A DNA stretch of 64,000 bases from the human T2T-CHM13v2.0 reference genome, Homo sapiens. The notes under the pieces were generated by a model. It saw nothing but the letters and a program-made list of their open reading frames with translations. It made no database searches and was not told where the DNA came from. The DNA lies in NCBI RefSeq assembly GCF_009914755.1, contig NC_060945.1; one strand, given 5' to 3'. Both the position numbers and the translations under genes were made by a program. Positions 1-17,760 of this stretch are shown one piece after another (within the stretch, counting starts at the first letter, position 1; each line of letters starts with the position of its first letter).

Positions 1-50
1 TCGGCCTCCCAAAGTGCTGGGATTACAGGCGTGAACCACCGTGCCCAGGC
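1..50 (-). mobile_element. Alu 5' end (cut by the window edge)
   Basis: cctcccaaagtgctgggattacaggcgtga consensus. Confidence 0.9.
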
Positions 51-261
51 AAGGAACATGCCTTTATTTTGCCTTCATTGTGAAGGATGAGTTTTCATGG
101 TGTGGAATTCTGCATTCACAGTTTGTTTTCTTTAAGAAGCTTAAAGATGTTGACTCACTTTCTTTCTGGCCTCCATTGTTTCTGATGAGAAGTCAGCTTA
201 ATTTGATCATTATTCCTCTGTATGAAGTGTGTCTTTCTTCTCTGGCTGCTTTCTTTGGGGG

Positions 262-572
262 TTTTTTGTTTGTTTGTTTGTTTGTTTGTTTGTTTTGTTT
301 TGTTTTTGAGATGGAGTTTTTGCTCTGTTGCCCAGGCTAGAGTGCAGTGGTGCGATCTCGGCTCACTGCAACCTCCGCCTCCTGATTCTCCTGCCTCAGC
401 CTCCAAGTAGCTGGGATTGCAGGTGCCCGCCACCAGGCCCAACTAATTTTTAGTAGAGACAGGATTTCACCATGTTGGCCAGGCTGGTCTCGAACTCTTG
501 ACCTCAGGTGATCCACCCACCTCGGGCTCCCAAAGTGCTAGGATTACAGGCGTGAGCCACTGTGCCCAGGCC
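262..572 (-). mobile_element. Alu (S-type) with (TTTG)n tail
   Basis: Alu consensus; tctggctg repeated on both flanks (TSD). Confidence 0.92.
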
Positions 573-579
573 TCTGGCT

Positions 580-1330
580 GTTTTCAAGCTGTTGATTTCT
601 TTCCTTTATCTTTAGGTTTCAGCAGTTGGACTATGATGTGCTTCAGTCTCATTTTCTTCTTATTTATCCTTCTTCATGTTCATTGAGCTTCCATGGACTA
701 TGAATTTACCTTTTCAGCAAATTTGCAAAATTGTCAGCCATTACATGTTATATGTGCCATTCTTTCTCACTAATGACCTGTATGTTAGAAAGTTTGCTGT
801 TGTCTTTCAAGTGACTGCAGCTTTGCGGTTTTTTATAATCTTTTTTTTCTTTGCCCTTCAAATTGGGTAATTTCTGTTGATCTGTCCTTGATTTCCCTGA
901 CTCTTCCACTGACTCCAGACTTCTGTAAGTTGATCCATGAAGTTTTTTTTTGTTTAGGATATTATATTTTAAAATTCTAAAATTTGCACTTGACTCTTGT
1001 TCATAGATTTGTCTCTCGAGACTCCCCTCTGTTTACGATTTACTGACGCCGCTTTTGTTTCGGTGTTTGCACGTACCTGCAATTGCTGCATTAAAGTCTC
1101 GTTTGCTCATTTTGGCATCTGAGCCGGCAAGCGTCCAGGGTGTCTGAGGGATGATTTTCTCTTGGCCATGGGTCACATTTTCCTATTTCTTTGCATGTCT
1201 ATTTTTTATTGTAGACTAAGATTATGAATAACACCTAGGAGAGACATTGGATTTTGTTATCATCCTCTGAAGAGTGTTAATTTTGCTCCAGCAGTCAGTT
1301 CCGTTACTGACTGATCATCTGAACTTCGTG
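580..1330 (-). mobile_element. Old L1M-like fragments
   Basis: T-rich, degenerate sequence resembling antisense L1; no family diagnosis. Confidence 0.4.
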
Positions 1331-1723
1331 CAGCCTGGTTTTATGCTTTGTTGGGGTAGATCTCTAGACTGACCCTTCTGTGGTTTTAGTAGGAAGCCTG
1401 AGGTATTTATCAAGCCTCTCTAACTCGACTACATTTAAACTCCAAACTTTGTCTCCTCCACAGCAGGAGCTGAAACCTCTGCCACACTAGGCCCACAAAC
1501 ATGCGTCATTCAGGGATCCACCAAGGAACAGGGTAGTTTATACAGAATTTGGGTCCCACTGCCATGGCCTCCTCCTTTGGGAACTCTCCTTTCCATTTCC
1601 ATCCTCTCTGACAACCTAAAACTGTGTCATCTGACGCTTCAACCTGGAACTTTCTGCTTAAGTTTTAGCCATCTACATTATAAGGGCACTTTATAGCAAG
1701 AAATAGAATATTATTCCATTCTA

Positions 1724-2031
1724 GGCCAAGTACAGTGGCTCACACCTGACATCTCAGCACTTTGGGAGGCCGAGGTGGGTGGATCAACTGAGGTCAGGAG
1801 TTTGAAACCAGCCTGGCCAACATGGTGAAATCCTGTCTCTTCTAAAAAAAATTTTGAAAAAATTAGCCGGGTGTGGTGGCGCATACCTGTAATCCCAGCT
1901 ACTCAGGAGGCTGAGGCAGGAGAATCCCTTGAACCTGGGAGCCAGAGGTTGCAGTGAGCCGAGATGGCGCCACTGCCCTCCAGCCTGGGTGACAGAGTGA
2001 GAGTCTGTCTCAAAAATAAAAAAAAAAAAAA
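1724..2031 (+). mobile_element. Alu (S-type)
   Basis: Full dimer with poly-A tail. Confidence 0.93.
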
Positions 2032-2517
2032 GAAATATTCCTTCGTTCTTTTATAGGAGCATAGTACTTCATTTTGTAGATGTACTATTGTGTATCCTAC
2101 TGATAGATACTTGTGTTGCTTCCAGTCTTGTTTTTACAGCGATCAGATGGTTCTTCTTAATTTCTCTTGCTACAAATGTTGCTGCTGTGTACAACCTGTT
2201 AAAGTCCACAGATGGAGTAAAAGCTTTGGTTTGCAAAAATGACTCAATCTTTACAAACATTCTGTCATTTGTACCATAATCAATTAGTTTATTGGATCAC
2301 AGAATTGCCTGACAGAATCCTTCCTGGAACTAGTCTATGGGGTCATTTGGCATAGAGTCAAAGCCTCAGACACGATAAGCCAGAGTTGATTTCCTTTGGC
2401 TTCACATAATTAAACTTTCCCAGAGGATTATCAGGTTACAGTGACACACACACAGGCTGTCAGATAATGGACAAAGTCCCAGCAGCGTGTACAACCAGCT
2501 GGTGGCTCCCAAATTCA

Positions 2518-3549
<1,032 letters not shown>

Positions 3550-3989
3550 CTAATCCTAAGGAAGAGAGGAGGGCAGGGGGAGAAATTGCACCCAGTCAAA
3601 TGTAAACGATACAAAACGTGAAATTCCCCTCTCTGAAAATGAAAGGGAAAAAACTCGATTCAATGCCTGCCCCTGAGGTGAACCTGAAATGACAAGGCAG
3701 ACACTCTCCAGAACTTCACGTTTGGCCACCAGGGTCTTCAGTTGATTTTCCTTTCTTCGTCATATCTGAGTGGCTGAAACGCCAGTGATCTGGGATAGTC
3801 CTTTGGCTGCTGATAGACTTATGCAATCCCTTGGCAGGCAGGACAGGCCAGAGGAAGGGATCCTGTGCCTTTAAGGTCACTGTTAATCTTGTAACTTTAT
3901 TGTGTTCCTGGGCTATAAAGGAAATGTCGTCCTTGATCTGAATGTCTGTTTTATGATGTCCATAAACAGTGAATTGCCAGTGACTGTAC

Positions 3990-6230
<2,241 letters not shown>

Positions 6231-7530
6231 GTTTTCTTAAAACTATTAAGACACTATCAACGTGAAATGACTTGAATAGGCTTTAATTTTTAAAATTCAT
6301 TATACGTCCTGCAGCATTTAGGAAAAAGAGGGAGGTGTCACACATAATATCAAATTTGGCTGACACAAGGTGATTTTGCCACGAAGGTTGGGAAGGATGA
6401 ACATTTGCAATTGAAAACTGTTTGTTGCCCCCAGAATCCAGCGGTTTCAGGCTCTCTGAGGATTCCAGAGGTGCTAGAGGGGGTAAGGCCACATTCAGGT
6501 GGTGCAGGTGGGATTCACCCCTTCACAGCCTGGAGGTGGTGCCCGGAGCGCACCCTGTCACCCCAAGGATGATGACACCCCAGGGAAGGTGGTGGAAGCA
6601 GGAAGGGGAGGTCAGAGGAAAACTGGGGCCCTCAGTGGGCATCCGTGATGCGGAAACACTAATAATGCCAACAGCAATAGCAGAGGCAGGCAGGGCTTAC
6701 GTGGCCAGGGCTGGGCTGGTGCTGTCCTGAGCACTTGACATGCATGAAATCACAGTTGTTTTAAGTTCTGAACTCCCCTGGGAGGAAACTGTGGCCACAG
6801 CAGGAATTCCAATGATTCTAGGGTCAGGAGAGGAGGCACCCACTTCCTGATCAGGGCTCTGTTTGTGGATGCGTGGGTGTGGTTGGCCTTTGTGCACACT
6901 GGCGGTTTTGCTTCTTTCCCCCAGCAAAAGAATGCAGATTTTGCATTATCTAAAGAGGCGGTTCCGTGAGCCCACTGTGCTGAGTCACATATATTCCATC
7001 GGTGTAAGTACCACCACCTGGGCAGTGCCCCTGGAGTGTTCTCACTGGGAGCGCAGCTTTGTGTCTGTACCCTTCCTGAGAATAGCTGACATGCTGGCCT
7101 GGGTGGCGCATTGGCCGAGGTGTGGCTATGACAGACCAGGATACCAGCATCTGCCCCAGCACTGAACTGAGCACACCACAGAAGGTGTGGACAGAGTGGC
7201 ATGAAACATGACAGCTGCTTGTGCTCGAAATTAGATGTAGCCACACAAATCCTGTCGTGCTCAAAGGGTTCCATCTCCAAAGTCCAAAGGAAAACTCTTC
7301 CTTAACTGTTATTCCATTCTGTCTATACATTTCTTATTTTGAAGCAAGGATAGGTTCACACGCTGCTGTAATGATGCATGCAGAGAAAGCCCACTCATGG
7401 CCCGGTTTCTCCCAGTGGTGACATCTTGCAAAACTCTAGCACAATGTCACAGCCTGGCATTGACCGTGACACGGTCCAGATCCGGAACATGGCGTCCCCC
7501 ACAAGGATCCCACCTGCCGCTCTTTAATAG

Positions 7531-7941
<411 letters not shown>

Positions 7942-8944
7942 TAACGTTCTACACATGTAATCATGCAGTAGGTGACTTTGGGATTGGCGCCTTCCACCCA
8001 GCACAACCCCCTGGCATCCATCCGGGTTGTCGCCTATATCCGTGGTTCATTCCCTTCTTTCTGAGTCATACTCCGCGGTATGGATGGACCACGGTTGGTT
8101 CAACCATTCTCCCTTGAAAGGCATCTGCATCGTTTGCATTTGGGACTACTACAAATACATCCGCCGGGAACATGTGGACAGGCCTTTGTGTGAACATCAG
8201 TTCTCCGCGTACATCATCTCTCTGCCCTGGTGCTTGCATCTTTAGTTGGTTTTTTCTGTCTTTTGAAGAACCTACCAGACTGTTTTCAGAATGACTGTAC
8301 CATTTTTCATTCCCACCAGCCACGAGTGAGTGAGCCGTGTTTCCACGGGGGTTGGCATTATTTTGTATCCCAGCCATTTTGATAGGTGTGCAGTGGTGTC
8401 TCACTGTGGTTGTAACTGGCATTTCCTAATGGCTGAGTGGCTCTCAGCATCTCTTCATGGGCTTCTTTCCATCTGTGACTTTCTCCAGTACCCATCTGCT
8501 CATCTCTTGCCCGCTTTCAAGTTGGCTGGTTTTGTTTTCTACCATTGAGTTTTGACCATTCTTTATACATGCTATCTGCAAGTCTTTGTCAGATACGTGT
8601 CTTGCAAATATTTTCTGCCACACCGTAGCTTGTCTTGTCATCCTCTTACCAGGATCTTTCTCTGAGCGAAAATTTTCATTTTGATGAAGTCCAGTCTATC
8701 CATTTTTCTTTTTCTGGTTTGTGTTTTTGCTGTCAAGTCTAAGAACTCCCCACCTTACCGAAGACCCTGAAGATTTCTCCTATCTTCTCTCTGTGTTTTA
8801 TAGTTTCATGTTTTACATCTGTGGTCCACTTTGCATTGATTTTTATATAAACTGAATTCTAGGTCAAGGCTCTTTTTCTTGTTGGCCTGCGGATATCTAA
8901 TTTTTCCAACACTACTGAAACACTATTTCCAACACTATTACTGA

Positions 8945-8959
8945 ATGCCACCACGCCTG

Positions 8960-9011
<52 letters not shown>

Positions 9012-9180
9012 TTTTTTTTGTAGAGATGGAGATCTCTCTTTGTTCCCCGGCTGGTCTCAAACTCCTGGGCTCAAGCAATCCTCCAACCTCGACCTCCCAA
9101 AGTGCTGGGATTACAGGCATGCGCCACTGTGTGTGGCTGGTATTTTATTTATAATTTCAGTGTCTACATGGTCATTGCTA
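8945..9180. repeat. Local direct duplicate of 9848-10056 (Alu part plus L1 flank), with (AT)16 at 8963-8994
   Basis: Near-identical to 9848-10056, including the non-Alu flank tattttatttataatttcagtgtctacatg. Confidence 0.93.
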
Positions 9181-9705
9181 AGCTTTCTTTTCTCTGTTGA
9201 ATTGCTTTTACATCTGGGTCAAAAATCAGTTGGGCGTATTTGTATGGACATGGTCATAGGCCCTCTGTTTCTTTCCATTGCTCTACCTGTCTGTCTTTCT
9301 GCCAGTACCTCACAGTCTTGATTACCGAAATTATGTCATAAGTCTCAAAAATAAGATAGGCTGATTCCTCTCATTTTGTCTGTTGTTTTTCAAAATTGTT
9401 TTTATTCTTGTGAATCCTTTCCCTATCTAAATGTTAGAATAATCTCTATTTCTACAAAAAAAAAAAAAAAAAAAAAAGTCTTGCTAGGCTTTCAATGGGA
9501 ATTGTGTAAAACTTGTTTACCTATGTGGGGAGAATTTACTATGTTGAGTCTTCCAACCCATTAACATGGTCAGTCTTGCCATTTGTTTATATCTTCTTTG
9601 ATTTCTTTCATGAATGTTTTGTAGTTTTCAACATACAACTTCTGCATATGTTTTGTCAGTTTGACACCTAGGGGCATTTTTGAGTGACTGTAAATGGTAC
9701 TGGTG

Positions 9706-10013
<308 letters not shown>

Positions 10014-10385
10014 TGGTATTTTATTTATAATTTCAGTGTCTACATGATCATTGCTAGTATATACAATTGTAGTAAATACAATTGAATTTTGTATGCTTTC
10101 CACCCTGCAAACTTGCTAAACTCGCTTCTTAGTTCTAGGAGGGTTGTGTTTTTTTGTTGTTGTTGTTTGTAGATTCATTGGGGTTTTCTATGTAGACAAC
10201 ATGTCATTGGCAAACAAGGACAGTTTTCTTTCTTCCTTTCTAATCTGTTTGCCTTTTATTTCCTTCTCTTGCCTATTGCACTGGCTAGGACTCCCAGCAC
10301 TATGTTAATTAGCAGCAGTGAGAGCAGACAGCTTTGCCTTGTGACAGTCTTAGACACCAAGCACTGAGTTTTTCACCATTAAGTA

Positions 10386-10694
10386 CAGTTGGCTCTTCTG
10401 TATCTGTGTGTTCCATATCCATATATCCAACCAACCGCTGATCAGAAATGTTTTAAAAACAAGAAAAACAATACAAATTAGTAAACAGTACAGTATAGCA
10501 ACTCTTTACATAACATTTACATTGTATTAGGTATTCTAAGTAATCTAGAGATGATGTAGCGTGTACGGGAGGATGTGCATAGGTTATATGCAAATACTAT
10601 ACCATCTTATATAAGGAATTTGAGCATCCTTGGATTTTGGCATCCTTGTGGGGAGTCCTGGAACCAATCCCTCAGAGACACCAAGGAACAACTG
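10386..10694 (-). mobile_element. MER2 (TcMar-Tigger DNA transposon)
   Basis: cagttg...caactg terminal inverted repeats flanked by TA; internal ggaaccaatccc and gtaatctagagatgat match recalled MER2 consensus. Confidence 0.85.
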
Positions 10695-11097
10695 TATAAT
10701 ATTGGCTGTAAGGTTATGGTTGATGCTTTTAATCAACTTGAAGAAGTTCTCCTCCATTCCTAATTTTATGAGAGTTTTCTCATGAACATGTGTTGAATTT
10801 TGTCAGATGTTTTTTATGAATTAGTTAATATGATCATGTAATTTTTCTTCTTTAGCCTGTTGATTGGAGACTACATTGATTGGTTCCCAAATATTGAGCC
10901 AACCTTATATCCCCAGAATAAACCCCACTAAATCTTGATATGCAATTATTTTTATCTATTACTGAATTCTACTTGCTATTTCATTAGTGATTTTTGTATC
11001 TATATTCATGAGGGATGTTGGCATGTAGTTTTCTTTTTGTTGTTTTTCCTTGTCTGCATTTGGTATCAGGGTAATACCAACTTCATAAAATGAATGG

Positions 11098-11398
11098 GGC
11101 CCAGGTGCAGTGGCTCACACCTGTAATCCCAGCACTTTGGGAGGCCAAGGCAGGCAGATCACTTGAGGCCAGGAGTTCAAGACCAGCCTGGCTAACATGC
11201 TAAAACCCCGGCTCTACTAAAAATACAAAAAATTAGCCGGGCTTAGTGGTGGGCACCTATAATCCCAGCTACTCAGGAGGCTGAGGCAGAGAATCACTTG
11301 AGCCCAGGAGGCGGAGGCTGCAGAGAGCTGGGATCATACCACTGCACTCCAGCTTGGGGGACAGAGTGAGACTCAGTCTCAAAAAAAAAAAAAAAAAA
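11098..11398 (+). mobile_element. Alu (S-type)
   Basis: Full dimer with poly-A tail. Confidence 0.92.
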
Positions 11399-13262
11399 GA
11401 ATGGTAGTGTTCCCTCCTCTTCTGTTTTCTTGAAGATATTGTTAGAATCATGTTGACTTTTTAAACATTTGGTAGAATTCTCTATAAATGTTTAGAACCA
11501 TCTTGGCCTGGACATTTCGTTTTGGGGAGTTTTTAAATTACAAATTGACTTTTGCTATAGGTTGTTTAAATTACCTGTTTGATATTGAATGAGTTGTAGT
11601 ACCTCATGCTTCTCTAGGAGTTGGTCCATTTTATTGAAGATGTCAGAGTTATGTGTGTAGAGGCATTTGTAGTGTTCCCGTATTATCCTTTTGATGTCTG
11701 CAGGGTCTGTAGTGATGTTCCCTCTTTCATTCCTGATATTGACAGTCTGTGTCTTCCCTCTAATTGTTTCTTTGTCAGTCTTGCTAGAAGTTTGACAATT
11801 TCTTATTTTCAAATACCTAGCTCTGTTTTGTTGATTTTCTGCATTGTTTTTCTGTTTTCTGTTACCGGGATTTCTATTCCCCTATCTTTGTGATTTCCCT
11901 CCTTCCTTCCTTTGCTATCATTGTGGGTTTACTTTGCTCTTCTTTTCCTGGGTGCTCATGGTGGGATCTTGGCTTATTGAGTTGAGATTTTTCCTCTCTT
12001 CAAATGAAAGCCCATAGTGCTATAAATTTCCCTCTCAGCATTGCTTTAGTCATGTCCCACAGCTAAGTTTTGTGTTGTATTTTCATTTTTATTGAGTTCA
12101 ATGTCTTTTTAATTTTCCCTTGAGACTTCCTCTTTGACCCTTAAGTTATTTAGAAGTGTGTTGTTAAGTTTCCACGTGTTTGGAGATTTGTCTGCTATCT
12201 TTCTGTTATTGATTTCTACTTTGATCCTCGTGTGGTCAGAGGACATGCTCTGTATAGCCTCAGTTCCTTTAGATTGGGTGAGATTTCCTGTATAGCCCAG
12301 GATATGGTCAATCTTGGTACATGCTCTGTAGGTGCCTGAAATGAACATAGCACTCTGCTGCTGTTGGGTGAAGTGGTCTGTAAATATTCATCATTTGATG
12401 GACTTCTAAATTTATCTCAAGACTCTGAGATCATTTACTCTCAAAGGTTATGTGATACGCTACCTTTTCCAGACAATTCCTAAGTGATCTAAACCCCTGC
12501 TGAGTTCACCAAGTGGCCTGTAAAACCCTATGATGATTCTTGTTGATGGGAGCCATCTTCCCCCACTAGTAGGTGTGGGCCTTTCTTAAGGTGAGGGCCT
12601 TGAGCTCGCACCAGTTCAACCTATGGCTGTATGAAAATTTTCTGGCTGACATTTTTACGCTTGTACCTTCAAGAAATATAACAAAACATCATTTTTCTTC
12701 TTCTTATCAAGTCATAGAATGCTAAAGGCAGCGGGAATCTAGGGTGATCTGGTCTACCCTCTCGTTTGACAGGTGAAGCAATGAGGTGTTGCGAAGTTAA
12801 ACTGATTAGTTTTTTTTAATTTTTTAAATGAAATTAATATACGTTAATTATAGAAAATGCATAAGAAAAAGGGGAAATGCATAAGATAGAGGGAAGCAAA
12901 CATTTTTAAATAAAATTTATATAAAACTTATAACCAAAGATGACTACTATTTTTATTTTGGAGTATACTCTCCCAATATGTTTTCAAAAGCAGGATCACT
13001 CTCTATGACTGCTTTAAAATCTTTTTTTTGTACTTTAACAACAGACATGAACATTTTTCAAAATATTATTTCTAATAGCAAAATATCATTCCAGATATAT
13101 GTCTGATGATACAGTTTTCTCATCATTTATTTAATGAGTCTCCATTGGGTGGGCGTGCAGGTTGTGACAGTTTTCTCTGTGTTAAATAACACTGTGATGA
13201 ATATCTTTTGTGTACATGCATGATGATTTCCTAGAAATGGGACCCTGGGTCAGTGCTTGTGA

Positions 13263-13693
<431 letters not shown>

Positions 13694-14150
13694 TAGAAGA
13701 TGATGTAAACTTATGACTAAGCCTGGTGTGGGCTCTCGGTGTTCTGGGGCATGAGCTAGAGGATGGCTGGAGCCAGGTAGAGACCGCTCCCTTCCTTAGA
13801 ATGTCACCTTGCTGACAAGGACAGCGCTGTGAGCATCCACACCTTCCTGTGAGGTATCTGGCATTGAGCCTGGTCAGGAAACAGGAAGACAAGCAGGTTC
13901 CATTGAGCCTGGGACCTGGACCTTGTAAAGCCAGCCACCCAGCCCAGTTTTACAGGCCAGGCAACAAAGGGAGCAACCGGCTGGACCCAGGCCTGCCTCC
14001 CCCGTGCAGACCCGCCGTGAGAACACCGTGTTCTGAATTGAGACGTGCCTTGCACTCACTTTGTCCCAGTAATTGCCCCCATAAAATAGACCTGGACACT
14101 AAGAGGAAACTTCCCATATTTGGAAACCCAGTCCTGCCTGCTTTTTATAG

Positions 14151-14330
14151 CTGGTGTCGAGGACAAGAGAACCACAAGCCGTGGCCAGTCTGCTGAGAGA
14201 CCACTGAGGGACAGACGGGTTGTGGGCCTGGAGCAGCCCCGGAGGGAAGGAGCATTTGAAAGTGGACAGGTAGAGCCCAGGCCCAGAGAGCCCCAGGGCT
14301 GCTACCAGGAAGGCCAGCGCATCCCTCCAG
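14151..14330 (+). CDS. PDE9A: PDE9A 180-nt symmetric (phase 1-1) cassette exon, AGVEDKRTT...QRIPP
   Basis: tttttatag|CTGGT acceptor and CCAG|gtaacg donor. Translation matches the PDE9A N-terminal region, including the PLRDRRV NLS-like motif. The 60-aa size fits the known PDE9A1 vs PDE9A2 difference. Confidence 0.95.
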
Positions 14331-14450
14331 GTAACGGGCAGCTCCTCGGCCACAGCCTCCACCCCCCAACACGTGGGATTCGGGCTGCAATGGCCTACAC
14401 ATCTTTTCCTCTTGTCCGTATTCCATCTGTCTTTCTTCTTTGGTTTGTAG

Positions 14451-14505
14451 AGAGAGAAGAATTAATCCAGAGCGTGCTGGCGCAGGTTGCAGAGCAGTTC
14501 TCAAG
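14451..14505 (+). CDS. PDE9A: PDE9A exon EREELIQSVLAQVAEQFSR (55 nt)
   Basis: tttggtttgtag|AG and TCAAG|gtacag; phase 1 to 2. Confidence 0.96.
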
Positions 14506-15013
14506 GTACAGAGTCTTCTAAACTTACAACCAGCCAGAGATGGGCACATCTTTCTCTAAGAGCGAGGGCAGGCCCCAGGCTCTGAGGCTGGCCTTGGCCG
14601 GCAAGCGTGGCTGTCTCACCTGCCTGGAGGAGCTGCCCGCACGGTGGAAGCCTTCTGTGGCTTCTGTAACTAAGCCAGCTTGGATGGGGCCCAGGAAACG
14701 CTCACCTTAGACCAAAGACCATGTTGAGTGGGTGCATTAGAATGTGAGCTCGTGAGGTCGAGAATGTTCTCCACCGGCTCTTCTGGGATGGGAGAACAAG
14801 CTATAAGAATTGGCTCCACTGGAAAATAAGCTTCCTCGCTGAGCTTCTGTGTAGTTAGGAGACTTCCTTTTCATCGGAGTCATCCCAACAATCCTGACCT
14901 GGATACCCTATTTTCCATTTCTCAAACTGACTTCTCTGTGGCGTCTTACTGCCCAGGTTAATTAAAATAGTGAAAAGCACAGACGGGTGGGATTTTTTAA
15001 AAACCTTTGAATT

Positions 15014-15316
<303 letters not shown>

Positions 15317-15736
15317 CCTTTGAATTGTTTAACTGACTGGGTTGGAGCCTCCAGAGAGCACAACAGGTCCTCCGAAGGTGTCTGTGCCCATCAGGGGAAG
15401 GTGCGGGGACTGGACCATCTCAACTGCATGAGCAGAGAGAGGGCCATGTGTCCACCCCAGAGAGCTTGGGTCCACTGCTCAGGCCCGAAGAAGTAAATAT
15501 GCCCAACCAGCCCAGAAAATACACCTCATGATACTTTGGTGATTCTTTCCTCCCCATGGGACATGATGATTTCTGAAAAGCAAGTCCTAGCATGTTGGCA
15601 CCTCAGACCCTCACCAGCCCACCTAGAGGCCTTGCCCATGCCCACAGCAGGGACTCAGTAGGTGTTTGCTTAACCGGTTTTGGCTCTGAGAATTTTAAGG
15701 GTCATATTTACTCTCTCTTTTCTTTTTCATTCCTAG

Positions 15737-15807
15737 AGCATTCAAAATCAATGAACTGAAAGCTGAAGTTGCAAATCACTTGGCTGTCCTAGAGAAACGC
15801 GTGGAAT
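15737..15807 (+). CDS. PDE9A: PDE9A exon [23 protein letters not shown] (71 nt)
   Basis: ttcattcctag|A and GAAT|gtgagt; phase 2 to 1. Confidence 0.96.
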
Positions 15808-16220
15808 GTGAGTGACGTTTCTGTTTCCTTTTTGCTTCTCTGTCCTTTAACCTCTATTCAAATTAACCACTTGGAACGGGGAGGAGTTCAGTGCCGAAGG
15901 TAAATACAAATAAATGTCTTTTCTTTGTGAAATACTTGAAAATTACCTTTGATGTTAACAAAGGCTAGCACAGTGACTAACTAAGCATTTTATTTCTATT
16001 TTAAAAGAAGCACAGCTCATGGTATAAAGCATTCTTTCAGCCCCAAAGAATAAAAATGAACACACGAAGCCTTCCGCACTTAGCCCCTCTGAGAACCTCT
16101 GCTGAGTGTCTTGTCTGTGTCTTTTTGTGTGTAAATGAAGACATTCTCTGCACACTGATCGGCACCCTGTGGGTCATAATTTTTTGGAATATGTCTACTA
16201 AGTTGTTATCTCTTGGTTTC

Positions 16221-16589
16221 TGATACAGTCTGGATGTCCCCTCCACATCTCACGTTGAAATGTCATTCGCAATGTTGGAGGTGGGGCTGGTGGGAGGTGT
16301 TTGGGTCACCAGGCAGATGCCTCCTAAATGGCTTGGTGCTCTCCTTGAGATAGTGAGTTCTCGCAAGATCTGGTTGTTTAAAAGCACGTGGCATCTCTCT
16401 ACCCTCCTGCTTCTCCGTTGCCTTCCACCATGATTGGAGGCTTCTCGAGGCCTCCCCAAGAGCCAAGCAGATGCCGGCACCAGGCTTCCTGTAAAGCCCA
16501 CAGAACTGGGAGCCAATCAAACCTCTTTTGCTTATAAATTGCCCAGCCTCAGGTATCTCTTTATAGCAACAGAAGAACAGCCTACTACA
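16221..16589 (+). mobile_element. MST-type MaLR solo LTR
   Basis: tgata...taca termini; cccagcctcaggtat and gtgagttctcgcaagatctggttgtttaaaa MST motifs. Confidence 0.85.
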
Positions 16590-16950
16590 GCCTCCAATCA
16601 CCACCAAAGGAAAAGCAGAAAAAGGACTAGGGAGCCAAGGAGTGTCGATTCAAGTCCTGATTCAATGATCACAAAGCTCAAATTCTGGGAAGAAAACAGC
16701 TTCAAGTCACCCACCCTTTTTGTCCTCATCCATAATATCAAGATCAATGCTTGAATTCCATAGGCCTCACAATTCTGTGTTCCACTCACAGCTTGACAAG
16801 TGAACTCTTTGTCAATGACAAGGCAAAGGTTAATGATTAACAGGCACTGTATTTACCAACTTAGGAACTAAATAAACAGAATCCAGACAGGATACCATTA
16901 AGAGTTGCAGCATCACCAAAAATATCTGGCTGATTGACTGAATGTCGTCG

Positions 16951-17066
16951 CTTTTCTTTTTCTTTTTTTGAGAGACAGAGTCTTGCTCTGTTGTCCAGGC
17001 TGGAGTGCAATAGCACAATCTTGGCTCAATGCAACCTTCGCCTCCTGGGTTCAAGTGATTCTCCTG
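16951..17066 (-). mobile_element. Alu 3' fragment
   Basis: Right-arm consensus, truncated. Confidence 0.85.
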
Positions 17067-17760
17067 AAACATGATTTACATAGTCAGATTTATACTTTTC
17101 AAAGTGTGTTGACATTTCTAAAAATGTATGTGGTCACTGGATCTTCAAGACAGTTTCATTTTCCCCATTGTCAACGAGGAAGCCACAGAGAGGTTAGGTA
17201 ACCTCAAGTTCACTCAGCAAATTAGAAAAATAAATAAAGCTGGGACTGGCACCCAGGGTCCTGGCCGGGCTGCTGTCACTGCCTGCTACCTGCCCTTCTG
17301 GAACGAGTCACTTCCCTGCACACCTGGCTGAAGAGGACCAGGCACTCCATGAGGATTCCTTGATAACGCAGGTTAGAAAGCTAAAGCTGCAAGCAACAGA
17401 AACTGATCGTGGCTGCTTTCAACAGAAAAGGAGTTTTTCCCTAAAGGATTTTGGGAAGCTTCCCCAGATCCCCAGGAAGGCTTGGGAACAGGGCTCAGAG
17501 GTTGTGCAGCAGCAACAATTCCCCAAATCCCGTGCAGAGCTGATGCTGTGCGGATGCCTGTGCTGCCGTCTCTGAGCCCCAGATGCGGCACCAGCTCCCC
17601 TGTACTCCTCACTCTGGACCTAGGTCCCCCGGAGGCTCCACAACCACTTATGCAGATATCAGGCTGCTTCTCCATGTCACTGGCTACAGGTTCAAAATCT
17701 AGACAGAGCCAGGCCACGCACCCAAGGTCTAGCTGCAAGGCAGGCCCCACGAAGGGAGGC

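Noticed and set aside
11555-12348. L1 ORF2-like ORFs as an active element
   Set aside because: Fragmented, frameshifted and interrupted by Alus and MER2
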